The notes under the pieces were generated by a model, which worked only from the letters and a program-made list of their open reading frames with translations, was not told where the DNA came from and did not search any database. Positions 58,206 through 64,000 of a DNA stretch of 64,000 nucleotides are shown one piece after another. The stretch is from Candidatus Hydrogenedentota bacterium. GTDB lineage: Bacteria > Hydrogenedentota > Hydrogenedentia > Hydrogenedentales > SLHB01. The stretch's first letter is position 1; every line of letters begins with the position of its first letter. Location of the stretch: contig CAXXYE010000009.1 of assembly GCA_963674865.2 (NCBI GenBank), positions 1,664,001 through 1,728,000 of the forward strand, written 5' to 3'. The position numbers were made by a program, and so were the translations under genes.

Positions 58206-60290
58206 CTACGAAGGCGCGCCCACTTCATCCCGGCGGGACTTCGAGGCGCCGGCTGGGGCGGCTTCTCTCTCGCCCTCGTCCATGAAGGGGAGTTCCTCTT
58301 GGGAGAGCGGCTCCTGCGCTGGCACGGGGAGTTCGCACTTCTCGCCGTCGCAGAACATATCCTGCGCCTCGTCCGTGTTCAGCGTGCTGAAGTCCAGCGC
58401 CTTGAGTCGCGAGGAAGCGTGGACAAACATCTCCTCGGTGATCTCCTGGTACGGCGCTTGGGCGTAGGTGTGATCCTGGAGCGGCAGGAAACTGACGGAC
58501 TTCAGCCGAGTTTCGTACAGCTCGAGGATGCGCGGAATATCGTTTGCCTCCTCAGCCTTGAAGGTGATGGTGGCGCTCACCTGGTTGTCTGCCCAGTAAT
58601 ACTGCATCTGGGCGACATTCTCCACCTGTTCCCATACCGACACGTCCATCTTGCCGCGCTCGAACATGTCGTGTTTCACGGGGAAATACACCACCCAGGT
58701 GTTGTCGCCATACACCGATTCCTCGAGTCGGTATCCCGCCTCGCGCAGCCGCTCCACCAGCGGGCTGGTTTTGTCGATGCGAATCGTCCGGTAGTAGAAC
58801 CTCGCGTGAGGATAGTGAATCCCGGGCGTCACCCCCGGGAGAAGCGATACCGTCCCGCTCGGTTTGACGCTGGTTTTCTTGATGCTCTCGGGGATGCACA
58901 GCCATTGGGCGTACACCTTGTCAAGATGGCAGATGTACTTGTATCCCTTGTCGCACCAGTCGAAATGCTCGCGCCGCCCGTGCTTCTCGAAGGACTCGAC
59001 GATCCCCGACTGCGATAGGCCGATCCGGCGATTGCGCAGCATGATCGCGTTCGTGCGCTCGTTGTGTGTGGGAACCAGCGTTACGGTTTTTGCGTAGAGA
59101 TAGGCGAACTTAAGCGTGCGCTGGTATTGCTCGAAAGAGTCATGAAGCGATGGGAACGTTTCGACGAGGTTGCAGATTTCGTAGGACTCGAGGCTCTGCT
59201 CCGCGCAGGGATTGGTGCCCGCCACCTTGGCGTCGGCCCAGTCGGGGCCGTCCTTGAGACGCCCGTAGGCCTGGGCGTTCTTCAGCCAGAAATAGCCCGG
59301 CTCGCCATTCTTGGCCGTCTGTTGGCCGAGGTCGAGGTAGTCCATTCCCACTTCGGAACTCACGCTGTTGTTCGACGCCCACCGCCATGCGATCACTTTG
59401 TCGCTGTTGAGTTCGGGATCCTTGAGCTTGAGGTATTCCTGATCGGTGGCGTCGCCGAGGGCCAGTTCCGCCGTGCGGCGCACGCCGCCCGATACGACGC
59501 ACTTCCCAATGACGTTCATCAAGTCCGTGATATCCGTCGAAGTCAACGCCTTCCCGGCGCGCCCCCCGAGTATCTCGTCGATATTGCCGATACATTCGAT
59601 GAGGGGTGCGGGGCCGGGCGCGATGCCGCCGAAAGTGCGGATAGGCGAGCCGGCGGGGCGGATCTGGGAGAAGTCGATCTGAGCGGGGCGCTTCCCCCGG
59701 CCTACGTACGCCTCCAGCACGCACCGCACTGCGTCGCACCAGCCTTCCTTCGAGTCGTCAACGACCTGCGTCTCCTCGGCGATCTTCGGCGCCTGAATCG
59801 TCACCTTGCCCGCACCCTTGGTGTCGAACGCCACGCCCACGCCCAGGAGCGACATGTCCATGAGAAAGCAGAAAGGCTCCGCAAAGCTGGTTTCAATCTC
59901 ATCCGTCGAGACAAAGGCGCAGTTATTCAGGGCCGCCGATCCGCGCTCCCAGATGTAGTCCGTACCCATCATCCAGAGCCCGCGGCCGGGAGGGAGGAAC
60001 TTGAAGTCCCAAATGAGGCGGAACATCTCCTGCGCGGAGCGCTGCGCTTTGTGAGGATTCCAGGGCAGTTTGAGGCTCTTGCAGTGGTTCAACTGGATGG
60101 TGTAGCACCCCTCGACCACGCGGCGGACGGTTTCCCAGTACTCCTCGGTGCGTTCGCCCTCCTGCGGCACCACCCGGGCGTACGTGCGCTTGAACGTCAC
60201 GTAACCTAACGGGCCCCATTGAGGCTGCTTCCCGCGAAACTCGGACAGAAACTTCTCTGAGAGTCGGAACCGTTCTCTGACCTCAAACAT
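58206..60290 (-). CDS. nrdJ: Adenosylcobalamin-dependent (class II) ribonucleotide reductase, monomeric RTPR-type
   Basis: RTYAR, PPGRGLW, NNC, GGVRRTA, SNNS, GEPG, TNPCAEQSL, CNL, NRRIG, VKPSGT, C-terminal CDGEKC. Confidence 0.93.
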   Translation of the reverse strand: MFEVRERFRLSEKFLSEFRGKQPQWGPLGYVTFKRTYARVVPQEGERTEEYWETVRRVVEGCYTIQLNHCKSLKLPWNPHKAQRSAQEMFRLIWDFKFLPPGRGLWMMGTDYIWERGSAALNNCAFVSTDEIETSFAEPFCFLMDMSLLGVGVAFDTKGAGKVTIQAPKIAEETQVVDDSKEGWCDAVRCVLEAYVGRGKRPAQIDFSQIRPAGSPIRTFGGIAPGPAPLIECIGNIDEILGGRAGKALTSTDITDLMNVIGKCVVSGGVRRTAELALGDATDQEYLKLKDPELNSDKVIAWRWASNNSVSSEVGMDYLDLGQQTAKNGEPGYFWLKNAQAYGRLKDGPDWADAKVAGTNPCAEQSLESYEICNLVETFPSLHDSFEQYQRTLKFAYLYAKTVTLVPTHNERTNAIMLRNRRIGLSQSGIVESFEKHGRREHFDWCDKGYKYICHLDKVYAQWLCIPESIKKTSVKPSGTVSLLPGVTPGIHYPHARFYYRTIRIDKTSPLVERLREAGYRLEESVYGDNTWVVYFPVKHDMFERGKMDVSVWEQVENVAQMQYYWADNQVSATITFKAEEANDIPRILELYETRLKSVSFLPLQDHTYAQAPYQEITEEMFVHASSRLKALDFSTLNTDEAQDMFCDGEKCELPVPAQEPLSQEELPFMDEGEREAAPAGASKSRRDEVGAPS

Positions 60291-60338
60291 GCGACCCCTC
60301 CTGCACCCCTATGCGCACCGAGTTGTGCTCCCCGGGCC

Positions 60339-61121
60339 TCACACCTTCCGGTGCGGGGTCCTCACCCAAGGCAACCCATCCACCATCTCGACCTCGTAAT
60401 CGCCCAGCAGATTCGGATAACGGGCCTTCACGCAGTCGTATACCATCCCAAAAACGAGCCGGATTTCCTCTTCCGCGGCCGGATCAGTCCGACTTTCGAT
60501 AACATGTCTGAGCGTCCGAAAATTGCACGACCAGCCTACGGTGGTAGCCACGCCGATGGGCGCGAGCCGCCGGAAGGCGGACGTGAGCTTCTTCTTGCGG
60601 GCGAAAGCCTTCTCATCGTCAATCTCGTACAGGCGGGCCAGCTCCTGCTGTAGGGATTCTAGCTGCTCGACGGTTTTCACGAAAACCGCCATGCCTTCCT
60701 CGCTCTCCTCGATGACGGCCGGCACATAAGCCGAAAGGCGATCCAGCCGCACGAACCGGAGCGATTCCTGTGAGATAGCCGTGCCCGCCCGATGGCGAAC
60801 CAATTCGTGCGTCAACACCCGGCTTACATCCGCGAAGATGAAGTTGAGCACCGGGTGCTCTATCACGCTGCCGTGGCCCACCTCGAGCACGTGGCCGAGA
60901 TAGGCCGCGTTGCCCTGGCGTACGCGCGTCACATTCGGATTCAGGCCCGGCTCGAACGACCTGTAGCACAGCCGCCCGAAGACCTCGCACAGCCGTTCGG
61001 CGTCGCTCGGAGCGTCCGTTTCCCAATCCGGCACGCCCACATGCGCCAGATATGCGCGCAGGCCTTCCTCCACCATGCGCGTCTCGGCCACCAAGAACAC
61101 CTTTGGCTGAACCTTCTCCAC
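60339..61121 (-). CDS. thyX: Flavin-dependent thymidylate synthase
   Basis: GRLCY, GHGSVIEH, VSRVLTHELVRHR, SQESLR, NFRTLRH, AEEEIR. Confidence 0.95.
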   Translation of the reverse strand: MEKVQPKVFLVAETRMVEEGLRAYLAHVGVPDWETDAPSDAERLCEVFGRLCYRSFEPGLNPNVTRVRQGNAAYLGHVLEVGHGSVIEHPVLNFIFADVSRVLTHELVRHRAGTAISQESLRFVRLDRLSAYVPAVIEESEEGMAVFVKTVEQLESLQQELARLYEIDDEKAFARKKKLTSAFRRLAPIGVATTVGWSCNFRTLRHVIESRTDPAAEEEIRLVFGMVYDCVKARYPNLLGDYEVEMVDGLPWVRTPHRKV

Positions 61122-61240
61122 GGCGCCTATCTCCGTCCTCTCTTCAAAAGCAAGCCCTGTGTCATTGTAAATGCTTTGCTAATAAATACTTACGTAGCGC
61201 CTCGGCGTCGATCTCCACGAGTCTCTTGCCGGGGAAACGC

Positions 61241-61269
61241 ATTATAGGAGGGACTCCCGGTTTTGTCCA
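61241..61269 (-). promoter_or_regulatory. Sigma70 promoter for thyX-nrdJ
   Basis: TGGACA-17 nt-TATAAT on the minus strand. Confidence 0.7.
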
Positions 61270-61510
61270 GCACCATCTGAAGAGGGGGAAAAACGCCGGA
61301 TTTTGGCGTAAAATGCAGGCTAATCAGCAGGAAAGGACGGCTTTGGAGGCTGTTTGCGGCCGCATCTGGTGGCAATGAACCATGCGTGACGCCACCTCCC
61401 AGCCCAAACACGTTCTCGCACCCCTTCGTGTCGTAGCCCAAGACGACAGTCTGGCCCCATCTATCCCTGACGGCGTGTAGCGAGAGGCGCAAGGGACTGA
61501 CGGGAGAGGA

Positions 61511-61591
61511 CGATCTGGGGACGTGGGCCGATCTGGGGACCATGTACCAAGCGCCGTCCCCGGCGCGACTACGTGTCCCCAGGTCGGCCCA
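61511..61591. repeat. REP-like long hairpin with a 12-nt duplication
   Basis: CGATCTGGGGAC at 61511 and 61529. TGGGCCGATCTGGGGAC (61524-61540) pairs with GTCCCCAGGTCGGCCCA (61575-61591). Inner GCGCCG/CGGCGC hairpin. Confidence 0.7.
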
Positions 61592-61780
61592 TTTCGGCAG
61601 TGTACTCGCTTCCAATGACTTGCAGCGCGGCATAATTGGCAATCCGGCCACCGGCTCTTGCGCCGCATGGCGGAATCCCCTACACTCCCTAGGGGGGCGG
61701 CCGGAAGGCCGCCGCACCTCGCCAGGAACCGCGCTTTCTGGCCGGACTTCCAGTGGGGACGGGACATCGAGGAGGGCGCC

Positions 61781-63031
61781 ATGCTATTGCGTTTCATGAG
61801 CTTCGTCGGCCTGCTGGCCATGATTGTGCTCGCCTGGGCCTTATCGGAGAACCGGCGGCGCGTGGACTGGCGCCTCGTGGCGTGGGGCGTCGGCCTCCAA
61901 CTGATCTTCGGCGTACTGCTCCTCACGACGCCCTTGGAGGACGTGGTTTTCGCCGGGATGCGCGGGGCCGTCAACGTGCTCAATGACGCCGCGCACGAGG
62001 GGGCCTCCTTTGTCTTCGGATTCCTGGCGGACGAGCACATCATCAAGCAGGACGCCCTGATAGGCGCCGACGGGGACTTGGTGATGCAGGCCACCTTTGC
62101 CTTCCGGGTCCTGCCCGTGATCATCCTTGTCTCGGCGGTATCGGCCATCCTATACCACCTGCGGATCATCCAGGTGGTGGTTCACGGCATCGCGTGGGTG
62201 ATGCGGCGCACTTTGAAGACCTCCGGCGCGGAGACGTTTGTGGCCGCGCTGCTCATCTTCCTCGGCATGGAATCGGCCACGGCCGTGCGAGGCTACCTGA
62301 GGAATATGACGCGTTCGGAGCTGTGTACGCTCATGACGACTTTCATGGCCACCATTGCCGGAAGCGTCATGGTGGTTTACGCGGCACTGGGCGCGGAGGC
62401 CGGGCATCTGCTGACGGCTTCGCTCCTGAGCGCGCCGGCGGCTATCCTCATCTCGAAGCTCCTCGTGCCGGAGACAGGTGAGCCGGAAACGCGGGGCGAA
62501 GGCCGTATCCGGGCGTCCGTCGACACGCACAACGTGATCGACGCGGCCGCCAAGGGGACCTCCGAGGGCCTGCACATCGCGCTCAACGTAGGCGCCTTGG
62601 TGCTCGTGTTCATCGCCCTCATCTACCTGCTGAATCTTATCCTCGACGGGCTCATAGGCTTCACCTTCATCGATGTGATGGGATATATCTTCCGGCCTTT
62701 CGCGCTCCTCCTCGGCATCCCTTGGCGCGATGCGGGGGCCGTCGGTGAATTGCTCGGCACGAAGACCGTCATGAACGAGTTCGTGGCGTACCTCAGCCTG
62801 CAATCGCTGATCACCGCCGGCGAACTGAGCCGCCGCTCCATCATGATCGCCACCTACGCGCTGTGCGGCTTTGCCAATCCCGGCAGCCTAGGCATCGCCA
62901 TCGGCGTGTTGACGGGACTCGTGCCCGAGCGGCGCCGGGACATCGTCCAGTTGGGCGTCAAGTCATTCATCGGCGGCACGCTGGCCTGCTTCATGACGGC
63001 GTGTGTCGCGGGGATCCTGCTGTATGAGTGA
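61781..63031 (+). CDS. nupC: Concentrative nucleoside transporter (CNT/NupC family)
   Basis: LSENRRRV, GASFVFG, FAFRVLP, GAE, MATIAGSV, SAPA, NEFVAY, YALCGFANPGS. Confidence 0.93.
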   Translation: MLLRFMSFVGLLAMIVLAWALSENRRRVDWRLVAWGVGLQLIFGVLLLTTPLEDVVFAGMRGAVNVLNDAAHEGASFVFGFLADEHIIKQDALIGADGDLVMQATFAFRVLPVIILVSAVSAILYHLRIIQVVVHGIAWVMRRTLKTSGAETFVAALLIFLGMESATAVRGYLRNMTRSELCTLMTTFMATIAGSVMVVYAALGAEAGHLLTASLLSAPAAILISKLLVPETGEPETRGEGRIRASVDTHNVIDAAAKGTSEGLHIALNVGALVLVFIALIYLLNLILDGLIGFTFIDVMGYIFRPFALLLGIPWRDAGAVGELLGTKTVMNEFVAYLSLQSLITAGELSRRSIMIATYALCGFANPGSLGIAIGVLTGLVPERRRDIVQLGVKSFIGGTLACFMTACVAGILLYE

Positions 63032-63827
63032 GTCCTCCATTCCTCGCGCCATGACGATAGCCGGGAGCGACTCCGGCGGCGGGGCCGGCATCGAGGCCGA
63101 CCTGAAGACCTTCAGCGCCCTCGGCGTGTACGGTATGGCGGCCGTGACGTCCATCACGGCGCAGAACACCACCGGCGTGTTCGCCGTGCACGATGTGCCG
63201 CCCGAGGTCGTGGCCAAACAGATCGACGTGGTGGCCGAGGACATCGGCGTCGACGCGGCGAAGACGGGCATGCTGTCCAACGCGGGCATCATCGAGGCCG
63301 TCGCCGCGAGCGTGGCGCGCAACGGCATCGCCAAGCTGGTTCTCGACCCGGTAATGGTGGCTAAGAGCGGCGCCGCGTTGCTGCGGGAGGACGCGCGGGA
63401 CGCCCTGCGAGCCTTGCTCCTGCCGCGCGCGTACGTGGTTACGCCGAATGTGCCTGAGGCCGAAGTTCTGTCCGGCATCGAGATCGCCGGCGAGGCCGAC
63501 GTCCAAGAGGCGGCGAGGCGTATCCACGCCTGCGGCCCGCGATACGTGCTTATGAAAGGCGGCCACCTGGACGCGGAGGATGCGACGGACTACCTTTTCG
63601 ACGGCGAACGTTTCGAGGCGTTCTCCGCGCCGCGCATCGACACGCCCAATACGCACGGTACGGGCTGCACGTTCTCCGCCGCCATCGCCGCGGAACTGGC
63701 CAAAGGGGCGGACATCTGCGCGGCGGTTCGAGACGCCAAGGCGTATCTCACCGAGGCCATCCGGCACAGCCTCGATCTGGGCGGAGGCCACGGGCCCGTC
63801 GATCACGGTTGGGCCGGACGAACCTAG
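63024..63827 (+). CDS. thiD: Hydroxymethylpyrimidine/phosphomethylpyrimidine kinase
   Basis: TIAGSDSGGGAGIEADLKT, TAQNT, KTGML, DPVMVAKSG, TPNVPEA, KGGH, THGTGC. Confidence 0.95.
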   Translation: MSESSIPRAMTIAGSDSGGGAGIEADLKTFSALGVYGMAAVTSITAQNTTGVFAVHDVPPEVVAKQIDVVAEDIGVDAAKTGMLSNAGIIEAVAASVARNGIAKLVLDPVMVAKSGAALLREDARDALRALLLPRAYVVTPNVPEAEVLSGIEIAGEADVQEAARRIHACGPRYVLMKGGHLDAEDATDYLFDGERFEAFSAPRIDTPNTHGTGCTFSAAIAAELAKGADICAAVRDAKAYLTEAIRHSLDLGGGHGPVDHGWAGRT

Positions 63828-63970
63828 CTGGGGAGTGCTCCCTTTGAGATAGCGTGTGCCCTTGGCAACCCGGCCATCGGGCTTGAACAAGCGTATGGGG
63901 ATGCCTATGTTTGTTTCGGGAACCAGGCGTGCCAGACTTCATAGCCATTGACTAGGGGAGGGGAACGACC

Positions 63971-64000
63971 ATGAGCGCCTTCGTGTGTCCTTATTGCGGC
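63971..64000 (+). CDS. Start of a zinc-ribbon protein (runs off window edge)
   Basis: GGAGG RBS, then MSAFVCPYCG. Confidence 0.6.
   Translation, partial: MSAFVCPYCG

Noticed and set aside
57346..61121. Prophage
   Set aside because: No integrase, terminase or structural genes around thyX-nrdJ.
61130..61780. Cobalamin riboswitch for the B12-dependent nrdJ
   Set aside because: No B12-box or GCCACTG/AGGGAA elements in the proper arrangement.
63828..63905. TPP riboswitch-like pieces (GGGGAG..TGAGA..CCCTT..AACCCG..GCGTA) after thiD
   Set aside because: Lacks CTGAGA and AACCTGAT core and the P5 loop, and lies downstream of thiD.
1..64000. CRISPR arrays, tRNA, rRNA; numerous long antisense ORFs
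   Set aside because: No regularly spaced repeats or tRNA/rRNA signatures seen by eye. Antisense ORFs are the expected shadow of GC-rich coding sequence.

Overview
GC-rich chromosomal window from a diderm bacterium (waaF, DUF481 outer-membrane barrel). The gene content suggests an anaerobe or facultative anaerobe rich in glycan-degrading enzymes; lineage cannot be fixed from sequence alone. 1-12 kb is a surface-glycan (probably nonulosonic-acid-type) synthesis and modification cluster. 12-45.9 kb holds catabolic and housekeeping genes: BNR sialidase-like, VIT-VWA, CinA, GH95, sulfatase, a frameshifted GH13, aconitase, an RRM protein, a Crp-cyclase-glgC operon, a beta-CASP nuclease, an IS remnant, a rimB-rimK-deacylase operon and waaF. 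49-64 kb holds a CoA-dehydratase activase, a frameshifted and motif-degenerate proS, a pectate lyase, a macrodomain protein, and thyX plus monomeric class II nrdJ divergent from nupC-thiD. The most striking unexplained feature is in the ORF-poor gap at 46.0-47.2 kb. A near-consensus sigma70 promoter, with an NrdR-box-like operator in its spacer and two more upstream, points into a ~185-nt sequence. By manual pairing this folds into a four-way-junction RNA displaying the same 11-mer (ACCGCAGCCCA) in two unpaired regions, followed by its own terminator-like hairpin. It is a candidate dNTP-responsive non-coding RNA that I cannot assign to a known family. A group II intron 5' fragment and two orphan exported-protein genes lie next to it. 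All calls come from reading motifs by eye; no searches or folding programs were run.
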